Below are positions 1 to 8,001 of a stretch of DNA of 37,444 nucleotides, in pieces. Each line of letters begins with the position of its first letter. The first letter of the stretch is position 1. The translations under genes were made by a program, and so were the position numbers. Below the pieces are notes generated by a model that saw nothing but the letters and a program-made list of their open reading frames with translations, was not told the DNA's origin and made no database searches. This DNA is from Candidatus Magasanikiibacteriota bacterium (GTDB lineage Bacteria; Patescibacteriota; Patescibacteriia; Magasanikbacterales; UBA10146): positions 1 to 37,444 of the forward strand of contig JACRFU010000075.1 of the NCBI GenBank assembly GCA_016212585.1, read 5' to 3'.

Positions 1-138
1 GTAACGAAATACGCATAGTTCGAGACAGAATTGTTGAATAAATTTTGAGGTTTAATTGCAAATTAAGCTGAAAAATTTTGAAACAATTATGGCCGAACTA
101 TGCGTATTGCAGTCAAAATGGCATTCGGCGACAGACCC
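1..138. repeat. Long-hairpin intergenic repeat (LHR), subfamily A, copy A1. The left arm is truncated by the window edge.
   Basis: Bases 31-83 carry the invariant core TTGTTGAATAAATTTTGAGGTTTAA / loop / TTAAGCTGAAAAATTTTGAAA that recurs at four other sites. The right terminus GCATTCGGCGACAGACC(C) (121-138) is identical to copy A2. The inner arms ATACGCATAGTTCG (9-22) and CGAACTATGCGTAT (94-107) are perfectly complementary. Confidence 0.85.
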
Positions 139-160
139 ATAATATGTGGAGTAATCACTT

Positions 161-1159
161 ATGTCCAAACTAGAAACCCTTCTCACAAATTTTTTAGACC
201 ATCTCATCATAGAAAAAAACCGTTCCGAGCGCACACGGCGGAATTACGCGTTTTATCTTAAGCGTTTTTTTGAATTTGCGCGCTTTGACGCTCCTGAACA
301 AATTACCGCGGACATAGTGCGCAAATATCGCCTGCACCTCCACGGCATCCGTATGCCACAAAACGAAGAGCTCAAAAGTTCCACACAAAATTACCATCTT
401 ATCGCATTGCGTGCATTTCTTAAATATCTCTCCAAACGAGACATAAAAACACTCGCGCCGGAAAAAATTGAATTGGGCAAAATGCCGGAACGACAGGTGA
501 GTTTTTTGGAGCAAGGCGATTTGGAGCGTTTGCTTTCCGCGCCAATGAAAACAGAAAATGCTTCCAAAAAATCCGCGTCGGGCACTGATTTGGTGCAACT
601 GCGCGACAAAGCAATCTTGGAATTGTTGTTTAGCACGGGTCTGCGCGTTTCGGAATTGGCAGGCATCAAACGCGATGAAATTAACTTGAAACACGATGAG
701 TTAAGTGTTCAGGGCAAAGGGCGCAAATGGCGCGTGGTGTTTTTGTCCAATCAGGCAAAGTACTGGCTTAAGATGTATTTGGACAAGCGCGCGGATGTAA
801 ACCCATATTTATTTGTCCCCCATGACCGCGCGGACGAAGCGCGGGTGTATAAAACAGCACGGGAAGAAATGACCGGAGTAAAAAATAAAAAACAAACAAA
901 TTTCAAAGGCCTCACTCCCCGCTCCATTGAGCGGCTTGTCTTGCGCTACACTAAAGCCGCAGGCATTACCAAAAAAGTAAGCCCGCATACTTTGCGGCAT
1001 TCATTTGCAACGGATTTATTGCGCAATGGCGCGGATATACGCAGTGTGCAGGCTTTACTTGGCCATACGTCCATTACCACTACGCAGATTTATACCCACG
1101 TGACAGACCAGGCATTGCGCGCGGTGCATAAGTCGTTTCATGGAAAAGGAAGAAAATAG
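161..1159 (+). CDS. Tyrosine site-specific recombinase, XerC/XerD family
   Basis: 332-aa ORF. It has an N-terminal core-binding region (FLDHLIIEKNRSERTRRNY) and catalytic signatures LLFSTGLRVSEL (Arg), HTLRHSFATDLL (H-x-x-R) and LLGHTSITTTQIYTHV (His plus Tyr nucleophile). GGAG lies ~9 nt upstream of the ATG. A ~30-aa insertion (DRADEARVYKTAREEMTGVKNKKQTNFKG) precedes the LTPRSIERL segment. Confidence 0.9.
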   Translation: MSKLETLLTNFLDHLIIEKNRSERTRRNYAFYLKRFFEFARFDAPEQITADIVRKYRLHLHGIRMPQNEELKSSTQNYHLIALRAFLKYLSKRDIKTLAPEKIELGKMPERQVSFLEQGDLERLLSAPMKTENASKKSASGTDLVQLRDKAILELLFSTGLRVSELAGIKRDEINLKHDELSVQGKGRKWRVVFLSNQAKYWLKMYLDKRADVNPYLFVPHDRADEARVYKTAREEMTGVKNKKQTNFKGLTPRSIERLVLRYTKAAGITKKVSPHTLRHSFATDLLRNGADIRSVQALLGHTSITTTQIYTHVTDQALRAVHKSFHGKGRK

Positions 1160-1200
1160 ATCCGATCTTGCGCGCACTAAAAACGCAGGATTAAATAACT

Positions 1201-1229
1201 TTGACGAACGGACAAAAAATTGATAAGGT
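1201..1229 (+). promoter_or_regulatory. Candidate sigma70-type promoter for tRNA-Arg
   Basis: TTGACG (1201-1206), 17-nt spacer, TAAGGT (1224-1229). It ends ~14 nt before the tRNA 5' end. AT-rich DNA gives many chance matches. Confidence 0.3.
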
Positions 1230-1242
1230 GCTGATATATTGC

Positions 1243-1317
1243 GCGCCCGTAGCTCAATGGATAGAGCAAGACCCTTCTAAGGTCGAGATGTAGGTTCAAT
1301 TCCTACCGGGCGCACCA
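1243..1317 (+). tRNA. tRNA-Arg (anticodon TCT)
   Basis: Cloverleaf folded by hand. Acceptor GCGCCCG/CGGGCGC; D arm GCTC-AATGGATA-GAGC; anticodon stem AGACC/GGTCG with loop CTTCTAA (anticodon TCT); T arm GTAGG-TTCAATT-CCTAC; discriminator A; CCA is encoded. Confidence 0.9.
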
Positions 1318-1454
1318 GGAAGGAAAAGTTGAAAAAACATTATAAAAAAATATAGTAAAAAACGAAAAACATCTTTTGCCTGCTGGCACGCATATAGATC
1401 ACGCAAGCGTTTTGGAACTGATTTCCGCGTTTGCCGACACATGGGTTTCCCTTG

Positions 1455-1648
1455 ATGCCTATGGACATCACACTATGAAATCGCACTTAAGATTTTCAGA
1501 TTTGGCAATATCGGCTTACTTGGAGCAAAAATATTTAAGAGGCGTAGCCATAGCAGGGCGCGATTAAATATTTTTGTGAAAGGCAGTCGAGATTGGCAAA
1601 TATGTAAATTCTTGGAGTGCAATTTCATAGTGTGATGTCCATAGGCAT
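1455..1648. repeat. 194-bp foldback (MITE-like) element bounded by ~43-nt inverted repeats
   Basis: Left end ATGCCTATGGACATCACACTATGAAAT (1455-1481) is the perfect reverse complement of ATTTCATAGTGTGATGTCCATAGGCAT (1622-1648). Complementarity continues imperfectly for ~18 more nt (CGCACTTAAGATTTT vs AAATTCTTGGAGTGCA). A 43-nt copy of the right arm recurs at 29146-29188 (40/43 identical). Confidence 0.75.
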
Positions 1649-1814
1649 TTATCTTGTTTCTTAAAAAAGCAGGAATACTTGATGCGTCAAAAATGACCCC
1701 GCCAGCTCTTACTGCCTTAACATTATTTGTTGCTGAAAGCGATTCAAAGCATAAAGAGCGAGTGACTCGCCTGATTCTGCAATTGCTAAAAAAATGAGCA
1801 TGAACCATGGTATC

Positions 1815-1843
1815 TTGAATAAAAATTTCAAATAGCGTATAGT
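1815..1843 (+). promoter_or_regulatory. Candidate sigma70-type promoter for tRNA-His
   Basis: TTGAAT (1815-1820), 17-nt spacer, TATAGT (1838-1843). The tRNA 5' end lies 12 nt downstream. Confidence 0.4.
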
Positions 1844-1854
1844 ACCACGCGTAT

Positions 1855-1929
1855 GGTGGCTATGGTGTAATGGTAGCACAGAAGCTTGTGGAGCTTTTAG
1901 CACGGGTTCGATTCCCGTTAGCCACCCCA
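1855..1929 (+). tRNA. tRNA-His (anticodon GTG) with genome-encoded G(-1)
   Basis: Acceptor GTGGCTA/TAGCCAC, preceded by an extra G (1855) opposite discriminator C, which is the tRNA-His hallmark. D arm GTGT-AATGGTA-GCAC; anticodon stem GAAGC/GCTTT with loop TTGTGGA (GTG); T arm ACGGG-TTCGATT-CCCGT; CCA is encoded. Confidence 0.9.
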
Positions 1930-2072
1930 GACAAGAGAAGCGGAGCAAAAAGGCTCTATTTTTGTTTTATCTAAGGACAAATTTGACATTTGGATTGATA
2001 CATACTGATTTTCAATTATTAGTGATAAAACTGGCAAGAAAATGTTTTTCCAAGTATAATGATATAATTCGT

Positions 2073-3977
2073 ATGAAATTCCTCAAAAAACTGCTTTTCT
2101 ATCTCAACGCCGCCCGCTTACCTATTGTCTTAGCTGGCATATTTGTTGTACAAAACCAAATTTTCAATTTCTGGCTTCATATTGTCCCCCAACTGTATCT
2201 TGTACGAGCAAGCGTAGTAACTTTTGCTTTAGGCATATTACTGTATGGACCCGTGGTCTTTTTTGAAAAAAGACTAAGATATTGGTATCTTTTACTCATT
2301 TCTTTTATTATCTCCCTGCTTTTCATTTCAGAATATCTTTATTATTCTTATTATCGCGCGTTTTTGCAAGCCAGCGCGTTAAAAATGTTTAAAGAATCTC
2401 TAGCGGTGGGGGGCACAATACTTACACTATTGACTCCCAAGATTTTTATATTTACCATTAATTTTCCAATTATACTCATTGCCACTTTACTGGCGCACCA
2501 AAATAAACTACGCCAAATTATTTTAAAAAAACTTGAAAAAATTGTTGCGGTCATCGTTATTATAACGATATTGACGATGGGTTATGGTTGGGTCGCGTAT
2601 GCTGAAAGCCGCGATTGGGGGAATATCAAACAACTATATGCCAACTTATGGGATCTTAATATGCTGGTTGGCAAAGTAGGGATTGTGAATTTTTTTATTG
2701 AAGACGCAATAAAACTGGGGTTAAAAGGCAGAAAAGTAACTGTCCAAGATAAAAATTTCGCCAAAGAATGGCTCAATGGACAAAAAACCGCAACTTCCAC
2801 TGCTGGCTTTGGACTGGCCAAAGGCAGGAATTTAATTTTTATTCAAGTGGAATCTTTAGAAACCGTTTCCATTAATACAAAAATAGATGAACAGGAAATA
2901 ACACCGAACCTCAACAAACTCATAACACAAGGAATATATTTTCCTAATTATTTTACGCAAGTCTCCCAAGGCAATACCGCGGACGCGGAGTTTGTGATTT
3001 TAAATTCTTTATACCCTCTGCCTAGTCAAGTGGCTTTTATTGATTACGCGCAAAATAAATATCAAGCATTGCCGAGTTTGCTCACAAAAAACGGATATCA
3101 TACTTATTCTCTGCATGGCGATGTTCCTACATTTTGGAATCGCTCCAATATCTACCCCCGATTAGGATATCAAAAATATTTCACCAAAGCCGATTTCACT
3201 ATTCCTCGCCCTGTTGGTTTTCAAGATCTGGGAGATGACGATTTTTTTAAACAATCCATACCAAAACTCAAAAACTTTCCACAGCCTTTTATGGCAACGC
3301 TCATTACATTGAGTTCCCACACGCCGTTTGAACTGCCCCCAGATCTCCAGACACTTTCTTTCCCCGCCGATACGAATCTTAATGATGAACAAAAAAAATA
3401 TCTCCAAAGCGTTCATTACGCGGATCAATCTATTGGCACCTTCATAGACCAACTCAAAGAAGAAAAACTCTTTGACACCTCATTGATTGTGGTTGTAGGA
3501 GACCATGGAAGCTACACCAATATCAGCCAAGCGCTCGGAAAAGACGAAGGTCTGCTTAATAATTTTAAAGACAGCAAAGTTCCTTTGATAATCGCGGATC
3601 CGGGTATAAAACTTGAAGGAGATAATACAATCATGTCAAGCCATTTGGATTTGTATCCAACTTTGGCTAATCTGTTAGGTGTTCCGGCTCCTTCTTATGT
3701 ATTAGGAAAAGATATTCTAAATACCACCTCTTCATTAGTCGTGCGCCGTGCGCCTAATACTGGCTTAATTAAAGCCATCTTTTCCTCCAATCTGAATTAT
3801 ATCTCCTCAAATGACGGTGTATTTGAGAACGGAAAATGTTTTCAGGCAAACAAGAACGAGCCAACATCAATCAAAGATTGCCAAACGCTGTATGATGACC
3901 AATCAACCAAAATTAAAATTTCCGATACCGTTGTACGAGGTAATCTGATATTGCCCTTTGCCGATGAATCAAAATAA
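2073..3977 (+). CDS. LtaS-family (lipoteichoic acid synthase / phosphoglycerol transferase-like) membrane sulfatase-fold enzyme
   Basis: Multi-TM N-terminus followed by an extracytoplasmic sulfatase-fold domain. Motifs seen: IFIQVESLE, the QGNTADAEF nucleophile-Thr motif typical of LtaS, SLHGD, and VVVGDHGS. The track ORF starts at a TTG at 1962. I prefer the ATG at 2073 (MKFLKKLLFYL), which removes a non-hydrophobic 37-aa leader abutting tRNA-His. Confidence 0.85.
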   Translation: MKFLKKLLFYLNAARLPIVLAGIFVVQNQIFNFWLHIVPQLYLVRASVVTFALGILLYGPVVFFEKRLRYWYLLLISFIISLLFISEYLYYSYYRAFLQASALKMFKESLAVGGTILTLLTPKIFIFTINFPIILIATLLAHQNKLRQIILKKLEKIVAVIVIITILTMGYGWVAYAESRDWGNIKQLYANLWDLNMLVGKVGIVNFFIEDAIKLGLKGRKVTVQDKNFAKEWLNGQKTATSTAGFGLAKGRNLIFIQVESLETVSINTKIDEQEITPNLNKLITQGIYFPNYFTQVSQGNTADAEFVILNSLYPLPSQVAFIDYAQNKYQALPSLLTKNGYHTYSLHGDVPTFWNRSNIYPRLGYQKYFTKADFTIPRPVGFQDLGDDDFFKQSIPKLKNFPQPFMATLITLSSHTPFELPPDLQTLSFPADTNLNDEQKKYLQSVHYADQSIGTFIDQLKEEKLFDTSLIVVVGDHGSYTNISQALGKDEGLLNNFKDSKVPLIIADPGIKLEGDNTIMSSHLDLYPTLANLLGVPAPSYVLGKDILNTTSSLVVRRAPNTGLIKAIFSSNLNYISSNDGVFENGKCFQANKNEPTSIKDCQTLYDDQSTKIKISDTVVRGNLILPFADESK

Positions 3978-4000
3978 AATCAGCGCCAACCAACATATTT

Positions 4001-5164
4001 ATGGAACGGATTTACAAAGAAGCGTTGCGTTTACACAAACGCACACATGGCAAACTTGAAATAATAAGCAAAGTACCGCTTGAAACGCGCACGGATTTGT
4101 CGCGTGCCTATACTCCGGGAGTGGCGCAAGTATCTACAGCAATTGGAAAACAGAAATCTCTTGCGCGCATTTATACTATAAAACAAAACACCGTAGCAGT
4201 GGTATCAGACGGTTCAGCTATTCTTGGGTTGGGCAATTTAGGCCCCGAAGCCGCGTTGCCTGTCATGGAAGGCAAAGCCGCGCTCTTTAAACGATTTGCT
4301 CATATTGACGCATTTCCTATTTGCCTCGCTACTCAAGATACGGAAAAAATTATCAGCACAATCAAGTATATCGCTCCCGTATTTGGCGGCATTAATTTGG
4401 AAGATATTTCAGCGCCGCGTTGTTTTGAAATTGAACGCCGTCTGCAAGCCGAGCTTGATATACCAGTACTTCACGACGATCAACACGGAACGGCAGTAGT
4501 AGTGCTTGCCGCGCTTATTAACGCGCTCAAAATCACACAACGCTCAAAAAGGCATGTCAAAATCGTCATCAATGGCGCGGGCGCCGCAGGCACGGCGATT
4601 GCCGAGCTTTTAATCTCATACGGAATAATGCATGTCGTACTCTGCGATTCGCAAGGAGTGATTTACAAAGGACGCGCAAAGCTGAATAGCGCAAAACATA
4701 TGCTTGCTGAGATTACAAATCGCTCGTGTCTTAAAGGTCTCCGCGCCGATGGATGCATCATTGGAGACCTTACAAGCGCCTTACGCGGAGCAGATGTATT
4801 TATTGGAGTGAGTGCCGCGAGTATCCTCAAAGCAAGCATGATTCGTATTATGAATAAAGAACCTATTATTTTTGCCATGGCAAATCCGATACCGGAAATG
4901 ATGCCCAATGCGGCAAAAAAAGCTGGAGCCGCTATTGTGGCAAGCGGACGATCGGATTTTCCAAACCAGATCAATAATGTACTCGCGTTTCCAGGTATTT
5001 TCCGAGGCGCACTTGATCATAAAATAAAAAAAATAACCACCTCTATGCTTCTGCAAGCGGCACACAACCTTGCGGGATGCGTTAAAAATCCCACCACAGA
5101 CCAAATTATTCCTTCCATATTTGATGCGCGTGTGGTTCCAGCTATTACCCGCGCGATACTATAA
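4001..5164 (+). CDS. NAD(P)-dependent malic enzyme (short, ~390-aa bacterial type)
   Basis: 387 aa. Motifs: YTPGVA, VVSDGSAILGLGNLG, MEGKAALFK, FGGINLEDI, HDDQHGTA, a Rossmann GAGAAG, and ANPIPE. These are characteristic of the malic enzyme N-terminal plus NAD-binding domains. Confidence 0.9.
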   Translation: MERIYKEALRLHKRTHGKLEIISKVPLETRTDLSRAYTPGVAQVSTAIGKQKSLARIYTIKQNTVAVVSDGSAILGLGNLGPEAALPVMEGKAALFKRFAHIDAFPICLATQDTEKIISTIKYIAPVFGGINLEDISAPRCFEIERRLQAELDIPVLHDDQHGTAVVVLAALINALKITQRSKRHVKIVINGAGAAGTAIAELLISYGIMHVVLCDSQGVIYKGRAKLNSAKHMLAEITNRSCLKGLRADGCIIGDLTSALRGADVFIGVSAASILKASMIRIMNKEPIIFAMANPIPEMMPNAAKKAGAAIVASGRSDFPNQINNVLAFPGIFRGALDHKIKKITTSMLLQAAHNLAGCVKNPTTDQIIPSIFDARVVPAITRAIL

Positions 5165-5204
5165 GATTGCGTGAAAATTCCTCAAGGTATTTTTAATTTT
5201 AAAT

Positions 5205-7556
5205 TTAATTCATCCTACTCAAACGGGCAAAAAGAAAAAAGATAACCGTAAATACCACACCCATAACAAGCGGCGCCAAAGTAGATGCCCAATTCCACTT
5301 ACCTGAACGGAACCGCCGCAAAAGCAAAGAATTTGACACCACGGAAACGCTGGAAAACGCCATTGCCAACCCCGCAAGTTCGGGTTTCAGCACCAACCCG
5401 TATACGATAAACACACGCGCGGCAATGGGAATCCCAATCACATTGTAAAACAACGCAAAAAACAAATTCTGTTTGATTTTGCCAACCGTCTCTCTTGAAA
5501 GTTGTATGGCGGTCAACACATCGCGCAAATCATCTTTGATAATCACAATGCCACCAGTTTCCATTGCCACATCAGTGCCGCTTCCCATGGCAATTCCCAA
5601 ATCCGCTTGCGCGAGCGCTGGCGCGTCGTTGATACCATCCCCCACCATTGCCACTTTCAAGCCCTCTGACTGTAACTTTTTAACTTCCAGCGCTTTGTCT
5701 TGCGGCAAAACTTCCGCAAGCACATGCGTAATGCCAACAAAACGCGCAATAGCAAGCGCCGTACGCTCGTTATCACCGGTAATCATATATACTTTAATCC
5801 CTATTTTCTGCAATGCCATGATAGCTCCCGTAGTAGTTTCTTTGAGGGTGTCTGCCACCGCAATCACCCCAAGCAGAATCTTTGAATCCGCAAAAAACAT
5901 CACCGTTTTGCCTTCATTCTCAAGCGCCTGCACATGATTTTCATGCGCGCTTATCTCTATGCCGGTACGCGTCATGAGCGCGCGATTACCTAAAATATAG
6001 GTGATACCTTCATGCTCCGCGGAAACACCATATCCAGGAATCGCCTTGAAATGCTCCATATCATAAAAATCCGCGCCGCTTTTTTCCGCGTAGCGCACAA
6101 TCGCCTCGGCAAGCGGGTGCTCGGATACTTTTTCTAAACTCGCCATGAGTGTGATCAGTTTTTTTTCATTGTTCATTGCTATATCAACTATGTCAGTTAC
6201 CTCCGGCGCACCCTTGGTGAGCGTACCTGTTTTATCAAACACCATGGCATTGATTTTGCATGCGGCTTCCAGCGGCTCACCCCCTTTAATCAACACGCCA
6301 TTCTCCGCGCCCTTGCCGGTACCCACCATTATTGCAGTGGGTGTTGCAAGCCCCAACGCGCACGGACACGCAATCACAATCACCGCGGTAAATGCCATCA
6401 AACTAAAGGTAAGCGGCGCGCCAAGCGCAAAAAACCACACCACGAAAGTTACTATTGCGGATACAATTACAATGGGAACAAACACCGCGGAAATCTTGTC
6501 CGCTAAATCTTGAATCGGCGCTTTTGACCCCTGTGCTTCTTCCACCAAACGAATAATCTGTGCAAGCGTTGTCTCCGCTCCAACCTTAGTTGCCTGAAAT
6601 TCAAAACTGCCATTTTTATTAATGGTCGCGCCATAGACCGTATCACCAGCGTGTTTTTCCACCGGAATACTTTCACCAGTGAGCATGGACTCATCCACTG
6701 CAGAATCCCCTTTTTGCACTACGCCATCAACCGGAATTTTTTCTCCAGGTCGCACCACCACCATGTCGCCTTTCACTACCTGTGCAAGCGGAATATCCAA
6801 TGTTTTACCTTCACGCACCACACGCGCGGTTTTGGGCTGTAGACCCATAAGCTTCTTGATGGCATCAGAAGCGCGCCCTTTGGCGCGCGTCTCAAGCCAT
6901 TTTCCCAAGATGACAAATGTAATTAAAAATGCCGCGGTTTCAAAGTAAAGATCAGGAATTTTTGCCCCGTTTATCCCCAAAATCGTGCCATAATTGAGAA
7001 CATGCCCCGCAAACCGCGCCAAACTGTATACATATGCCGTGCTCGTTCCAATCGCAATAAGACTGTCCATGTTGAATGTCTTCATGCGCAACGCGCTCCA
7101 CGCGCCATTATAAAATCCAGCACCAATCCAAAGCTGGACAGGCGTGGCGAGAACAAAAGAAATAATACCCACAAACGGCAACAACGCGGCACGAAATGGC
7201 ATCCACGCAAAAAAATCAAAAAACATAAAATAGAGCATGGGCGCGCTCAACACGGCACCCCACACAAACTTGCGCCAATACGCGCGCATTTCTTCTTCTT
7301 TTCTTTTTTGAACGCCTTCACTGTCTGCGGCTTGATACACGCTTGGTTTGTAACCGGCTTTTTCAACAGCGGTAATCAAATGCGAGGCATCGGTTGTTTC
7401 AGCGTCGTATACTACACGCGCTTTTTCCGCGGCAAAATTTACATTCGCGTCGGAAACGCCAGGCACTTTTTTGAGCGCGCGTGTAATAATTCCGGCGCAC
7501 GACGCGCAATGCATGCCCTGCAGACTCAAAAGCACGAAGTCTTTTTTATTTTCCAT
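5205..7556 (-). CDS. copA: Copper-translocating P1B-type ATPase (CopA-like)
   Basis: 783 aa. N-terminal HMA domain with GMHCASCAG; TGES actuator motif; CPC metal site ([12 protein letters not shown]); DKTGTLT phosphorylation site; [11 protein letters not shown]; C-terminal [12 protein letters not shown]. Confidence 0.92.
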   Translation of the reverse strand: MENKKDFVLLSLQGMHCASCAGIITRALKKVPGVSDANVNFAAEKARVVYDAETTDASHLITAVEKAGYKPSVYQAADSEGVQKRKEEEMRAYWRKFVWGAVLSAPMLYFMFFDFFAWMPFRAALLPFVGIISFVLATPVQLWIGAGFYNGAWSALRMKTFNMDSLIAIGTSTAYVYSLARFAGHVLNYGTILGINGAKIPDLYFETAAFLITFVILGKWLETRAKGRASDAIKKLMGLQPKTARVVREGKTLDIPLAQVVKGDMVVVRPGEKIPVDGVVQKGDSAVDESMLTGESIPVEKHAGDTVYGATINKNGSFEFQATKVGAETTLAQIIRLVEEAQGSKAPIQDLADKISAVFVPIVIVSAIVTFVVWFFALGAPLTFSLMAFTAVIVIACPCALGLATPTAIMVGTGKGAENGVLIKGGEPLEAACKINAMVFDKTGTLTKGAPEVTDIVDIAMNNEKKLITLMASLEKVSEHPLAEAIVRYAEKSGADFYDMEHFKAIPGYGVSAEHEGITYILGNRALMTRTGIEISAHENHVQALENEGKTVMFFADSKILLGVIAVADTLKETTTGAIMALQKIGIKVYMITGDNERTALAIARFVGITHVLAEVLPQDKALEVKKLQSEGLKVAMVGDGINDAPALAQADLGIAMGSGTDVAMETGGIVIIKDDLRDVLTAIQLSRETVGKIKQNLFFALFYNVIGIPIAARVFIVYGLVLKPELAGLAMAFSSVSVVSNSLLLRRFRSGKWNWASTLAPLVMGVVFTVIFFLFARLSRMN

Positions 7557-7586
7557 ATAGCCAACGTTATTTTATGATTGAACACA

Positions 7587-7805
7587 TTATGTGTTCACGA
7601 TTTCTTCAGAAGTCTTACCTACTTCTTCCAATGCTTTATGAATATCCGCCCATGGAATTTCACGCTCGGCGGTCAAACTAGCCATACCTGTTTTTTGATC
7701 AATTTGAACATCCTTTACGCCGGGCAAATCTTTGAGCACATCGGTGCTCAATCCCACGCACGAGTGGCATTCAATGTTCGTAATGCGGAATTGTTTGGTA
7801 ACCAT
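7587..7805 (-). CDS. copZ: HMA-domain metallochaperone (CopZ-like)
   Basis: 72 aa with a ferredoxin-like HMA pattern and a CxxC site. The context is slightly atypical: ITNIECHSCVG instead of GMxCxxC. It lies immediately upstream of copA on the same strand. Confidence 0.75.
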   Translation of the reverse strand: MVTKQFRITNIECHSCVGLSTDVLKDLPGVKDVQIDQKTGMASLTAEREIPWADIHKALEEVGKTSEEIVNT

Positions 7806-7806
7806 A

Positions 7807-8001
7807 TTATTTAATAAAAATTAATTTAAAAAGTATTATATTAGCCGCGATAATTCCCACAACAAAAGCAACTACAGCACCAAAAATAAACGCGAATTTT
7901 GAGGAAAAATTTCCATTGGATTGAGATCCAGACACAGAAGCCGACCCCTGCGCCACATTGGATCGCGAGTCAAACTCTGAATCAAAAGGTATGTGTGTCA
8001 T
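7807..8001 (-). CDS. Small tail-anchored membrane protein, unknown function
   Basis: 64 aa with a Ser/Gly/Asn-rich N-terminus and one C-terminal TM (FAFIFGAVVAFVVGIIAANIILF). It overlaps the upstream gene by 4 nt and is 1 nt from copZ. This packing argues for translation, but no family was recognised. Confidence 0.5.
   Translation of the reverse strand: MTHIPFDSEFDSRSNVAQGSASVSGSQSNGNFSSKFAFIFGAVVAFVVGIIAANIILFKLIFIK

Noticed and set aside
52-234. ORF 52..234 (minus) and the N-terminal extensions of galU (32861..32980), the SBP gene (31966..32088) and LtaS (1962..2072)
   Set aside because: These are translations of the hairpin repeats or of upstream gene ends and spacers. Internal ATGs give canonical N-termini (signal peptide, GalU AIIPAAGLGTR motif) and tight stop/start coupling.
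161-1929. Integrase plus tRNA as the boundary of an integrated genomic island
   Set aside because: The recombinase lies upstream of the tRNA 5' end rather than downstream of its 3' end. No direct repeat of either tRNA 3' end was seen in the window, and flanking genes on both sides look like core metabolism or envelope genes.
1376-1948. ORFs 1376..1567, 1473..1808 and 1709..1948 in the tRNA-Arg/tRNA-His spacer, including a PIN-like peptide GVIFDASSIPAFLRNK
   Set aside because: They are largely encoded by the foldback-element arms or are antisense to tRNA-His. The PIN-like stretch is only ~15 aa and there is not enough room for a full PIN domain. At best it is a gene remnant.
5473-6513. Long plus-strand ORFs (5473..5937, 5700..5885, 6145..6513, and similarly 6679..6948, 7002..7577, 11284..11913, 10846..11130) overlapping the two P-type ATPase genes
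   Set aside because: They are antisense shadows of strongly supported minus-strand genes. Their products are low-complexity (Ser/Pro/Ala/Thr-rich) with no motifs.
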